From contig JABHGE010000023.1 of NCBI GenBank assembly GCA_018672235.1, positions 915 through 64,914 on the forward strand: a DNA stretch of 64,000 nucleotides. The letters run 5' to 3'. This DNA is from Fidelibacterota bacterium. Lineage in GTDB: Bacteria > Fidelibacterota > Marinisomatia > Marinisomatales > Marinisomataceae. Both the position numbers and the translations under genes were made by a program. Positions 40,361-49,444 of the stretch are shown here, one piece after another (position 1 is the stretch's first letter; each line of letters starts with the position of its first letter). The notes beneath the pieces are model-generated. The model was not told where the DNA came from. It worked only from the letters and a program-made list of their open reading frames with translations, and did no database searches.

Positions 40361-41761
40361 TTAAAGTGTTGGTGTTGGGTTAAAATTATTTAACTGCTCA
40401 AAAGAATGTGCATACTCTATTAGCTGTTTATCAGACCATGCTGTTCCAATGAACGACATTCCAATAGGTAGACCATCAATATAATCTAGAGGAACGGTAA
40501 CATGCGGATATCCTGCCATAGCAGCATAACTACCATTGACCCAAAATCTATACGCTTCAATTGCTTCATCGTCGCCACCATCATGGTTGATTGCCCAAGC
40601 AGGACTCCATGATAAGCCAACAAGCGCATCAACATCATTCTCTTCGAGTAGATTGTCAATACCATTCCTGGTATCTATTATTTGCTCTAGGGCAATAAGA
40701 TATTCTTTTTTTAAAGAGCTAGTTTTGTCGCTATCAATAAAAATACTTTGATCAAAGTGTTTTAAAACTTCTTCTTTATTAGCATCATTGAAGTTGATGA
40801 GCTCTGAAAGTGTTTTATAGGGTGAATTGGAAGTAGCTAAATACTTTTCAAGGTTTTCTTTGAATTCATACATTAAAACTAATAGCTCTGCTTCTCCTGG
40901 ATATTCTCTCTTATCTTCAATATCCATGACGATTGCACCGGCATTTTCAAGTAATTCTCTTATTTTTTGTAGTGCTTTTTCACCATCATTATCATTTGAT
41001 CCTGTCGGCAGAAGTCCAAATCTTTTTCCTTTTAATGATTCTTTATTTAAGTCAGACGTAAAATCAAAATTAAAATCTTCAGGAATATTTAGTGTGGCAG
41101 GATCATGCATATCTTTTCCTGCAATAATTTCTAATATTTCAGCTGCCTTTTCAACAGAACTCGCCATCGGTCCTGCAGTATCTTGTGTGTGTGAAATGGG
41201 AATAATTCCAGATCGACTAACAAGACCTACAGTAGGTTTAATTCCTACAATACCGTTAACGGAGGCAGGACAGCTTACAGACCCATTTGTTTCTGTTCCA
41301 ATTGCTACATCAATTAATCCAGTTGCAACAACCACTCCTGACCCAGAACTTGAACCACAAGGCGTGCGCATTGATCCATAAGGATTAATCGTTTGACCAC
41401 CCATGCTTGACCAACCACTTGTTGAGGAAGAAGAACGAAAGTTTGCCCATTCAGATAAGTTAGTTTTTCCAATAACAAAATATCCTTTATCAACAAGCTG
41501 TTGAATAAGAAATGCATTATTAGACGGAAGATTATCTTTCAATGCTAGCGAACCAGCAGTATTTGCAAATCCTTTAACATCAATATTGTCTTTGATAGCA
41601 ATAGGCTTTAGTCCTCTATTTAAATTCTCTTGAATTTGTTCATTGGAAAGTTTGCTGATGTAAATATTATATTTTTCTTCAATATCTTGTGATGACAATT
41701 CTAAAGAATGATTACATCCATAAATAATTAATAAAATTAAAATAATTAAAGTTTTTTTCAT
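40361..41761 (-). CDS. Amidase-signature family lipoprotein
   Basis: Lipobox IYGC; IAIKDNI, GKTNLSEWAN, CGSSSGS, GTETNGS, GIKPTVG. Confidence 0.92.
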   Translation of the reverse strand: MKKTLIILILLIIYGCNHSLELSSQDIEEKYNIYISKLSNEQIQENLNRGLKPIAIKDNIDVKGFANTAGSLALKDNLPSNNAFLIQQLVDKGYFVIGKTNLSEWANFRSSSSTSGWSSMGGQTINPYGSMRTPCGSSSGSGVVVATGLIDVAIGTETNGSVSCPASVNGIVGIKPTVGLVSRSGIIPISHTQDTAGPMASSVEKAAEILEIIAGKDMHDPATLNIPEDFNFDFTSDLNKESLKGKRFGLLPTGSNDNDGEKALQKIRELLENAGAIVMDIEDKREYPGEAELLVLMYEFKENLEKYLATSNSPYKTLSELINFNDANKEEVLKHFDQSIFIDSDKTSSLKKEYLIALEQIIDTRNGIDNLLEENDVDALVGLSWSPAWAINHDGGDDEAIEAYRFWVNGSYAAMAGYPHVTVPLDYIDGLPIGMSFIGTAWSDKQLIEYAHSFEQLNNFNPTPTL

Positions 41762-41786
41762 TTTTTACCTCATAAGTTAAGCTAGC

Positions 41787-41815
41787 TTGACATTTTCATA
41801 CGTAAAGCTTACTTT
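41787..41815 (+). promoter_or_regulatory. Sigma70 promoter for the membrane protein/XRE operon
   Basis: TTGACA (41787-41792), 17 bp spacer, TACTTT (41810-41815). Confidence 0.65.
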
Positions 41816-41817
41816 AC
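41802..41817. promoter_or_regulatory. Palindromic operator overlapping the -10 box
   Basis: GTAAAG-CTTA-CTTTAC perfect 6-4-6 inverted repeat, upstream of an XRE HTH gene. Confidence 0.65.
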
Positions 41818-41853
41818 ATTAAATACTAAGCTAAAGTAAATTAAGGACAAATA

Positions 41854-42297
41854 ATGACTAAAATAACACATAAAGGATTATGGTTTAAATATTCTTCGCT
41901 AAGCAAAAAAGATAAAAATATTACCAAAAAAGTTTTGTTATCAGCTATCCTTTGTGGCTTTTTTATAGGCCTTTCTATGGATAAACAATCCCTTTTAATG
42001 TGGTCAGAAATATTTCATCCTTATCTTTTATATATTTTACCAGCTTGTACATTGATTGCTGCAATATTTACAATAAAATACTCTTTTGAATTATATCAAA
42101 ATCAAGATGAGTTATATAAAAAATATCATGATTTTTCATTAATGTCAGGTTTTATGGGCTTTGTTATTTTTGGTCTATTTTTAAGTTATTTATCTATTTT
42201 CGTTGATTACCAACCACAATTTATGGATTATTTTTTCTGCTCGGTTATTGGAACGGCAATTGGTCAAATGTATTTTTATAAAAAATTCTATCAGTAA
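41854..42297 (+). CDS. Hypothetical membrane protein (about 4 TM)
   Basis: Four hydrophobic segments; coupled to the HTH gene (TAATG overlap). Confidence 0.7.
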   Translation: MTKITHKGLWFKYSSLSKKDKNITKKVLLSAILCGFFIGLSMDKQSLLMWSEIFHPYLLYILPACTLIAAIFTIKYSFELYQNQDELYKKYHDFSLMSGFMGFVIFGLFLSYLSIFVDYQPQFMDYFFCSVIGTAIGQMYFYKKFYQ

Positions 42298-42488
42298 TGA
42301 AAAATAATATTAAAAAGTTAAGAACTGAAAAAGGAATTAGTCAGCAAAAACTTGCTGAAAACTTAGGTGTTAGTCGACAAACTATAAATTCTATTGAAAA
42401 GGGTAGATTTGACCCTTCACTGAAGCTAACAATAAAAATAGTTCGCTTTTTTGACAAAGACTTAGAATCAATTTTTAAAATCGATTAA
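42297..42488 (+). CDS. XRE-family helix-turn-helix transcriptional regulator
   Basis: NIKKLRTEKGISQQKLAENLGVSRQTINSIEKGRFDPSL. Confidence 0.95.
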   Translation: MKNNIKKLRTEKGISQQKLAENLGVSRQTINSIEKGRFDPSLKLTIKIVRFFDKDLESIFKID

Positions 42489-42523
42489 GTAATTTTTATT
42501 AGTTAACAAAAAAGGAGTTAAAA

Positions 42524-43423
42524 ATGGAACCAAGAATTAAAAACGGATGGCTTAGAGCAATATTATTCATGCCAATATGGTTTTTTGCTCAGGCAATCGT
42601 ACAAGGCTTTGGATTTGTTGCAATAATGATTTCTAGTGGAGTTAGTATGGAAGATCCAGCTGCTATTGAAGCATTTGCAGAAGGTATGGCAGGAATGAGC
42701 TTTGGATCACCAATGATGCTATTGATGACAGTCCTTGGAATTATATCAAGTTTTGGTGCAATTTGGTTTATGATGGCAGTTGTAAACAGAGAGCCATTAA
42801 TGGATATCGGATTATCCGTTGAAAATCGCGGTAAAGAGATGTTAGCTGGACTGGGAGGCGCTTTACTATTTATTGGAGGAATATTCCTTATTTTATGGGT
42901 TTTAGGCGCTATTACGGTAACAGGATCAGTTGGATTTAAAGCTGAAGTCTTTATGGTAAGTCTTATGTTATTTATTGCTGCATTTAATGAAGAGATTGTT
43001 TTTAGGGGATATCTTTTAAAAAACATGATGGATGAAACAGATAATAGATGGATTGCATTAGCTGGTTCTTCGGTGTTCTTTGCATTAGTGCATTCTTCAA
43101 ACCCAAGCGTTTGGAGTACATGGGTTCCAATGACTGAGCTATTTGCTGCAGGATTTATTCTTGGAATTAGTTATACGTTCACTAAAAATTTATGGCTACC
43201 AACATTTTTCCACTTTGGATGGAATTTTTTCCAAGGATTATTTGGTTTTGAAATCAGTGGAATGGGTGTTGATTCATGGAAAGTGATTGCTCATGAAAAT
43301 ACTGGCAATATACCAGATATTATTTCAGGAGGAGACTTCGGTATCGAAGGATCGATTATTTCACTATCTTTGACTATATTAGGTACTTACTTGATATTCA
43401 AGTACTATAATGACAAGCAATAA
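42524..43423 (+). CDS. CPBP (Abi/CAAX protease-like) intramembrane metalloprotease
   Basis: NEEIVFRGY, FALVH, FHFGWN motifs; SD AAGGAG. Confidence 0.9.
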   Translation: MEPRIKNGWLRAILFMPIWFFAQAIVQGFGFVAIMISSGVSMEDPAAIEAFAEGMAGMSFGSPMMLLMTVLGIISSFGAIWFMMAVVNREPLMDIGLSVENRGKEMLAGLGGALLFIGGIFLILWVLGAITVTGSVGFKAEVFMVSLMLFIAAFNEEIVFRGYLLKNMMDETDNRWIALAGSSVFFALVHSSNPSVWSTWVPMTELFAAGFILGISYTFTKNLWLPTFFHFGWNFFQGLFGFEISGMGVDSWKVIAHENTGNIPDIISGGDFGIEGSIISLSLTILGTYLIFKYYNDKQ

Positions 43424-43988
43424 TAAAATATTACAAACATTAGGTATGGCTGCAGCGTTATCGGTAGTCTACATGTCTTTATTTTCTTCAAACATCCCAG
43501 AAGGGATGTTTGAAGATTCTAACACAGGAAACCCAATGCTCTTAGGTCCAATTGCGATAGAAGAGCTTCAACAAGAGCCTTTCAATGGGTGGTATCAAAT
43601 GGAATCTCAGAGTTATGACGTAGATATTGAATTAACAAATGCTATTGATAATCCTAGCCAATATTCTTATGAAGTCTTCCTTGGAACATGGTGCGGTGAT
43701 AGTAGAAGAGAAGTGCCAAGAATGGAGAAGATATTAAGTGAGATGGGCGTAGATATAGCTATGGTGTCAATCATCGCCGTAGATCGCGATAAAATTAGTC
43801 CAAATGGAGAGCATGAAGGTAAAGATATTCGCTATGTTCCAACTTTAATTGTTAGTAAAGATAATCAAGAAATAGGGCGTATTGTAGAATCACCTTCATC
43901 TGAAACAGCGACTCTTGAAAGTGACTTGTTTGAAATTACGCTAGGAATTGCTCCTACACCGAATTATAGTGCCGGAGAATATAAGTAA
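43410..43988 (+). CDS. Exported thioredoxin-fold protein (CxxS)
   Basis: N-terminal anchor; FLGTWCGDSRREVPR, IRYVPTLIV, EIGRIVE. Confidence 0.8.
   Translation: MTSNNKILQTLGMAAALSVVYMSLFSSNIPEGMFEDSNTGNPMLLGPIAIEELQQEPFNGWYQMESQSYDVDIELTNAIDNPSQYSYEVFLGTWCGDSRREVPRMEKILSEMGVDIAMVSIIAVDRDKISPNGEHEGKDIRYVPTLIVSKDNQEIGRIVESPSSETATLESDLFEITLGIAPTPNYSAGEYK
43935..43967 (+). repeat. Degenerate direct repeat, copy 1 (3' end of the thioredoxin-like gene)
   Basis: attacgctaggaattgctcctacaccgaattat; 27/33 identical to 44202-44234. Confidence 0.7.
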
Positions 43989-44194
43989 TGTTTGAAAATA
44001 TTGAATTAATTGGCTGGATAGGTTCCACTCTTGTCATTCTTTCTTTTTTCTGGGATGGCTGGAAAATGAGAGCTATAAATGGGCTGGGTTGTTTGGCCTG
44101 GGCGTTTTACGCAATCGTACAAGGAAGTATGAGCTTATTATTTGTAAATGTAGCTATTATTTGTGTTCATATTTACAAGACACTATCAAAATAA
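43988..44194 (+). CDS. Small membrane protein (YgjV-like)
   Basis: ELIGWIGSTLVILSF..MRAINGLGCLAW..YA; three short hydrophobic segments. Confidence 0.6.
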   Translation: MFENIELIGWIGSTLVILSFFWDGWKMRAINGLGCLAWAFYAIVQGSMSLLFVNVAIICVHIYKTLSK

Positions 44195-44201
44195 ATTTAT
44201 T

Positions 44202-44234
44202 ATTACTTTAGAAATTCCTCCTATACCGAATTAC
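44202..44234 (+). repeat. Degenerate direct repeat, copy 2
   Basis: attactttagaaattcctcctataccgaattac; reads ITLEIPPIPNY versus ITLGIAPTPNY in copy 1. Confidence 0.7.
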
Positions 44235-45108
44235 GCTGAGCAAAGATTTTTTGTGCTTTGAGCGCACTTAATTCTTTATCCTTAATCTCAAGCATAATAT
44301 CTAAATCAAATTTATCTTTAATTGTGTTAATATAATCAGAGAAATGATTCTCGTTAATTGTATCGCAATGTTTTCCAACTATAGCGTTTTCTTGTTGTGT
44401 AGAATAATCTACCATAGGAATACCGTCTTTAGCTTTCCATGTTTTGCTAGAAAGATTCAACGCATCTAGTAAAGCTTCATCATTATTTTTTATGTCGTGA
44501 TGTAGGTTGTCGAAAATGATAGGAACGTCAGTTCCTTTATGAATTTTTAAACAATCTTGCAAATCAAATGATTTCTCATCATTTTCTATAACTAGATGTC
44601 TTTTGATATCGCTACTTAGTCTATGATATCGATCAATAAATCGACTAATTGCAGTTTCTTTATCTCCATATACGCCGCCTACATGAATTTGGATTTTTGT
44701 ATCAGAATGAAGCCCAAAAAGTTTAATCATATCAACATGATAGGTGAGTTCTTCAGCGCTTTTTATAAATAATTCTTCTTTTGGAGAATTGATTAAAACA
44801 AATTGTCCGGGATGAAATGCTATTCTAAATCCATTTGATTTGATAATCTTTCCCAATTGACTGAATCGATCCTTGAAATAATCTTGCCAATTAAATGTCA
44901 TAATAGGATGAGAACCAAAAGGAACTAGGTCGGAAGAAATTCTTAAAAATCCCAAACCATGCTCTTTATTAAAATGCAGAATTTTTTCTAGATTATTTAG
45001 ATTAGTTTGTACCGTATCAATGACACGTTCCTCTGAATACGATGCAAGTTTAAATGTCTTTACTTTACACTCGATGGTGTAATTCATACATGGATAACCG
45101 ATTTTCAC
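44221..45108 (-). CDS. uvsE: UV DNA damage endonuclease
   Basis: MKIGYPC, FLRISSDLVPFGSHP, FHPGQFVLINS, IHVGGVYGDK, LVIENDEK, FDNLHH, MLEIKDKE; GTG start. Confidence 0.95.
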   Translation of the reverse strand: MKIGYPCMNYTIECKVKTFKLASYSEERVIDTVQTNLNNLEKILHFNKEHGLGFLRISSDLVPFGSHPIMTFNWQDYFKDRFSQLGKIIKSNGFRIAFHPGQFVLINSPKEELFIKSAEELTYHVDMIKLFGLHSDTKIQIHVGGVYGDKETAISRFIDRYHRLSSDIKRHLVIENDEKSFDLQDCLKIHKGTDVPIIFDNLHHDIKNNDEALLDALNLSSKTWKAKDGIPMVDYSTQQENAIVGKHCDTINENHFSDYINTIKDKFDLDIMLEIKDKELSALKAQKIFAQRNSV

Positions 45109-45401
45109 TAAGAATTATCTAGCGTCTTTTTGTGTTCTTCGGGAGTATGTGTTTTCATCGTAAGTGCATGAATTTCGCCATGCATGTAATCATCAACAGC
45201 TTTATAGACTAATTGATGTCTTTCAATTAAGCTCATTCCTTCAAAATCTGGACTAACCAATGTCATGCTTAGATGAAAATTTCCATCAAAAGTAGCATGA
45301 TTCTCGTGCTGAGCCGTATAATCATAGATATGAATTGACTCAACGCTGATCACGTCAGATATTTTTTTAGAAATTATGTTCTGTAATTCTTCAAGCTTCA
45401 T
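45108..45401 (-). CDS. bolA: BolA family protein
   Basis: HENH, FHLSMTLVSPDFEGMSLIERHQLVY, IHALTMKT. Confidence 0.92.
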   Translation of the reverse strand: MKLEELQNIISKKISDVISVESIHIYDYTAQHENHATFDGNFHLSMTLVSPDFEGMSLIERHQLVYKAVDDYMHGEIHALTMKTHTPEEHKKTLDNS

Positions 45402-45415
45402 TGTAAATTTGTGTT

Positions 45416-47041
45416 ATGATATCTGAATTTAATTCAAAAATCATAAAATACTTATGTCTTTTAGTATTTTTACAATCTTGCGCATATTTTAATACTTTTT
45501 ATAACGCAGAAGAGCATTATAATATCGCTGAAAAAATAAGAATACAGAGCCTTGGAGAGTCTTTACCAGCAAGAGCAATCCAAGAATATGGCAAGGCTAT
45601 TGAAAAATCGGACAAGGTATTAGCTGATTATAGTGATAGCGATTATGTGGAGGAGGCTATGCTTCTCAAGGGAAAATCCCATTTCTTTCGAAGGGAGTAT
45701 GACAGTGCAAAAGAAGTATTTATCACGTTACAAAATTCTGAAAGTTCACTATTTATTAATGAGACAAAATATTGGTTAGCATTATGCAAGTGGAAGGATT
45801 TAAAACCTCAGCCAGCGATTAATGATTTAAAGAATTTACTTTCCGATACTGACTCTATCGATTTAAAGTCCCGTATTTATTTAGTATTAGGAGAAATCTA
45901 TCTTGATAACGAAGATTCTGACAATGCATTTCATTTTCTAAATTTAGGAGCAGAAAGCAGTAATGACCGCTTAACTAGGGAGCAAATTTATTTTCAAATT
46001 GCAGAACTTTCTTATAATAAGAAAATGTATGAACAGGCATTAGATGGCTATCAAAAAGTTCTTAATAATAGCGTATCAATAAATAGAATTCGTGAATCTA
46101 ATTTGAAGATTATTCAGACATATCGCTTATTGGGACAGATCGAACAGTCTAAAAATAGAATTGAAAGACTTTTGTTGGATGATGATTTTTCATCAATAAA
46201 AGCTGACTTAAGATTAGAATTGATGAAAATTGAGTTAAATGAAGGGCGTATAGATTTTTCTATCGAAGGATTGGATAGAATTGCGCAAGATTATGTTAAT
46301 ACAAAAATTGCAATTGAGGCATATTACATTCTTTCAACCCTATACTTGGAGAGTCCAAATTTAGATTTTGAAAAATCTAGCTTCTTTATGAATGAAGCAA
46401 TGAAGCAAAATGCAAATTCTAGTCATAAAGTATTAATTTCAAACAAGCGTAATGCTGTCGCTAAATTGATTGATCTAGACAAATTATTAAAAGATGATAT
46501 CGGTACAGACAAACCAAGTGTTTTATATGGACTAGGAGAAACATTAGCGTTTGATTTAGGAAATGTTAATGACTCCATTAAATACTTTGAAGAAATCGTA
46601 AATAACTTTGAAGATTCCTCGTTGTTTCCATCAGCGACATTCGCACTTTACTCTATATATAATATGAAAGATGATAGTCGTGCAAATAAGTATAAAGATT
46701 CAATTTTAAATGCATATCCCGACTCAGACTTTACAAAATTTATTATCAAAGATCAGGATTTAGGTGTATCACATAAGCCATCTGATATGTTGTTGGAAGC
46801 AGAAAGTCTATGGTCTGAAAATTCCGAAAAATCTCTTGAAGTATATAGAAATATTTTAAATATAGATTCTTCTACTGAATCGTCTAATATAGCAGCATAT
46901 TTTTTAGGGTATTATTATGATTATGAGCTATCTAACTCAGACAGTGCAACTGTTTACTATCAATGGTTAGTCAGTAAGCATCCAGATTCGAAGCAAGGCC
47001 AATTGGCCCAAAAAAGATTAGAGAGTTTGAATGTTGAATAA
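45416..47041 (+). CDS. Long TPR lipoprotein (SprE/PorW-like or BamD-like scaffold)
   Basis: Lipobox LQSC followed by AYFNTFYNA; many TPR units across 541 aa. Confidence 0.7.
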   Translation: MISEFNSKIIKYLCLLVFLQSCAYFNTFYNAEEHYNIAEKIRIQSLGESLPARAIQEYGKAIEKSDKVLADYSDSDYVEEAMLLKGKSHFFRREYDSAKEVFITLQNSESSLFINETKYWLALCKWKDLKPQPAINDLKNLLSDTDSIDLKSRIYLVLGEIYLDNEDSDNAFHFLNLGAESSNDRLTREQIYFQIAELSYNKKMYEQALDGYQKVLNNSVSINRIRESNLKIIQTYRLLGQIEQSKNRIERLLLDDDFSSIKADLRLELMKIELNEGRIDFSIEGLDRIAQDYVNTKIAIEAYYILSTLYLESPNLDFEKSSFFMNEAMKQNANSSHKVLISNKRNAVAKLIDLDKLLKDDIGTDKPSVLYGLGETLAFDLGNVNDSIKYFEEIVNNFEDSSLFPSATFALYSIYNMKDDSRANKYKDSILNAYPDSDFTKFIIKDQDLGVSHKPSDMLLEAESLWSENSEKSLEVYRNILNIDSSTESSNIAAYFLGYYYDYELSNSDSATVYYQWLVSKHPDSKQGQLAQKRLESLNVE

Positions 47042-48095
47042 TTTAAGAGCAAAGCTATTATCGCTAAGCTTTAAATCCATTCGCAGGATAGTAATTAGCG
47101 TGTTTGCAAGCTGGCCAAGAGACTTAGAAAGAGCGATTGTGATAGGGGATACCGTAAATCATCTATTGATGATTTCTCCATTGCGGTATTTTTTTAAGTT
47201 TAAAATTCCGAGCAATATAGGTGCGAAGCTGTACGATTTATCTTTTCCTTCACCATTAATTGCTGCATCTTTCAAGGATGATGTCAGTTCGTTGGTTCAG
47301 TGGCAATTGGTAGGTTTAGGTGGAATGACATATAAAACAGTGCTGAAAAGGCCGTCAGATGGCAATAAAAGACCTAGAATACAAGAAATTAAGTATGATG
47401 GCAGGTATGGTTTGATTAATTCGCTTGGACTTCCAACAAAAGGAGCTAACTACTTTATTGATAATTTCGAAAATGAAAAACTTCTATCATTTAATAGACC
47501 TATAGGTATTAGCCTTGGGGGAAATAGCGTAGAAGAGTATTTAGAGATATTTAATATGGTTAATTCTAAGGTCAAAGAGTCTTCCTTTAATCAGTTTTTT
47601 TATGAGTTAAATATCAGTTGTCCAAATACAGATAATGGAAAATGTTTAAGTGATGATATCCAAGGGCTTAAAATGTTATTAAGTAAGATGAGAGAGTCTT
47701 GTCCAAATGTTATCGTTGTAAAAATCTCTCCAACCAGTACAAAAGAAAACATGTTTAAAATTTGTGAAACTTTAATTTCTGTTGATAAGTGTGCTATAAA
47801 TCTAGGTAATACGAAATATGTCACAGCAGAATCTGTAGGATTAAATAAGAAAACTTTCTCTAGAGATGGCGGTGGATTAAGTGGAGTAGGGCTGTTCGAT
47901 ATGACACTAAGAAACATTGAGCTGATAGAATCTAATTTTGATATTCCTATTATTGCAACAGGAGGTATTTCAACCTATGAGCATGTAATGTCAGTATTAG
48001 GTAAAGGCGCTACATTAGTAGGAATGGCCAGTCAATTAGTGATAGATCCATTTCAAATCCCTCAAATTAATAGTAAGTTGTCTAATGAGAATTAA
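47031..48095 (+). CDS. pyrD: Dihydroorotate dehydrogenase family FMN enzyme
   Basis: SPLIAAS, KTV, GNKRPRI, GLINSLG, ELNISCPNT, VVKISP, GGLSG, IIATGGI, GATLV. Confidence 0.85.
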   Translation: MLNNLRAKLLSLSFKSIRRIVISVFASWPRDLERAIVIGDTVNHLLMISPLRYFFKFKIPSNIGAKLYDLSFPSPLIAASFKDDVSSLVQWQLVGLGGMTYKTVLKRPSDGNKRPRIQEIKYDGRYGLINSLGLPTKGANYFIDNFENEKLLSFNRPIGISLGGNSVEEYLEIFNMVNSKVKESSFNQFFYELNISCPNTDNGKCLSDDIQGLKMLLSKMRESCPNVIVVKISPTSTKENMFKICETLISVDKCAINLGNTKYVTAESVGLNKKTFSRDGGGLSGVGLFDMTLRNIELIESNFDIPIIATGGISTYEHVMSVLGKGATLVGMASQLVIDPFQIPQINSKLSNEN

Positions 48096-48531
48096 TACAA
48101 TATTTCTGATAATTATGTGTTTTTTTGTCAGTTGCGGTCCAAGTATCGCCTACGGAGACTATGTGAATTCTAATGGTATGAGTCGCAAGCAAATTGAGGC
48201 TATAAAAAATCATCCTAGAGTGCAGGTAGGTATTGCGTCCTATTATGGAAGTAAATTTCATAAAAAACGTACGGCCAATGGCGAAATTTTTAATATGTAT
48301 AAAATAAGCGCTGCTCATAAAACATTGCCTCTAGGAACTAAGGTTCGAGTAATCAATCTAAAAAATGGAAAATCCCTAACTATGAAGATTAATGATAGGG
48401 GACCTTTTGCGAAAGGTAGAATTATCGACCTTTCATATAAGGCAGCACAGAAATTAGGTTTTGTAAATCAAGGAACTACAAAAGTTAGAATTGAAGTTAT
48501 AAGACTTGGTGATAATAAATATTATAAATGA
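48085..48531 (+). CDS. rlpA: Septal ring lytic transglycosylase RlpA family lipoprotein
   Basis: GIASYYG, TANGE, AAHKTLPLGT, INDRGPF, IIDLS. Confidence 0.93.
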   Translation: MRINTIFLIIMCFFVSCGPSIAYGDYVNSNGMSRKQIEAIKNHPRVQVGIASYYGSKFHKKRTANGEIFNMYKISAAHKTLPLGTKVRVINLKNGKSLTMKINDRGPFAKGRIIDLSYKAAQKLGFVNQGTTKVRIEVIRLGDNKYYK

Positions 48532-49418
48532 AAAATGTACTATGTATCGTTAACCCTGTAAGCGGTTTAAAGAAATCACTTAAAGTATTTACTGAAGTAA
48601 AAAATCTTATTGAAAGTCGTGGATTTACTCCTCAATTATTGAAGACTGAATATGCAGGTCATGCAAAAAAAGCTATATCAGAGTTGCAACCAAATGACTT
48701 CAATCGCATCTTAATATTTGGTGGAGATGGAACAGTTAATGAGGTAATAAATGGATTGTATCAATCAGACCTATGTTCATTATTTCCTATCGGTATTATT
48801 CCTACTGGATCAGGCAATTCTGTCGTGCATGATATGGGTTATTTAGATTATCATATTGCTATAGAAAGGGCTTTATCTGACAATATTCGACTAATGGATG
48901 TAAATAAAGCAGTATTTGACAATGAAGTAAGGTTGAGTGTTAGCGTTATAGGTTGGGGAATGTTTTCTTTTGGTAATGTATTAGCAGAAAAATTAAGATT
49001 TCTGGGTACGATTAGATATGATATAGCATCTATTATAAAATTATTAGAAAAGGCAATTTATAAGGCAAAAATTTCTATCGACGACAAATCGTCTGATATT
49101 TCATGCGCTTTTATGGTTGGATGCAACAGTATGTATACGGGAAAAGGGATGAAGATAGCACCTCTGGGAGGTTTTTATGACGACATGATTGATATGGTTG
49201 TTGTCAAAGACGATGTCAGTCGATTGCAGTTAACCACAATATTTAAAAAAGTATATACAGGCGACCATATTAACTTGCCATATGTCCAAACAAGTCAAGT
49301 AAGGTCATTTTCCATTGACGCATTGAAAGATTCATATTTTAATGTGGATGGAGAAACGATAAAGAGTAGAAAAGTTTCTGTCGAAATACTCCCAAAAACA
49401 ATTAAGCTTTTGGTATAA
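48528..49418 (+). CDS. Diacylglycerol/lipid kinase family protein (YegS/DAGK-like)
   Basis: IVNPVSG, GGDGTVNEVING, IPTGSGN, NVDGE. Confidence 0.92.
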   Translation: MKNVLCIVNPVSGLKKSLKVFTEVKNLIESRGFTPQLLKTEYAGHAKKAISELQPNDFNRILIFGGDGTVNEVINGLYQSDLCSLFPIGIIPTGSGNSVVHDMGYLDYHIAIERALSDNIRLMDVNKAVFDNEVRLSVSVIGWGMFSFGNVLAEKLRFLGTIRYDIASIIKLLEKAIYKAKISIDDKSSDISCAFMVGCNSMYTGKGMKIAPLGGFYDDMIDMVVVKDDVSRLQLTTIFKKVYTGDHINLPYVQTSQVRSFSIDALKDSYFNVDGETIKSRKVSVEILPKTIKLLV

Positions 49419-49444
49419 TTATAAACTTTTACTAGTTTGATATA

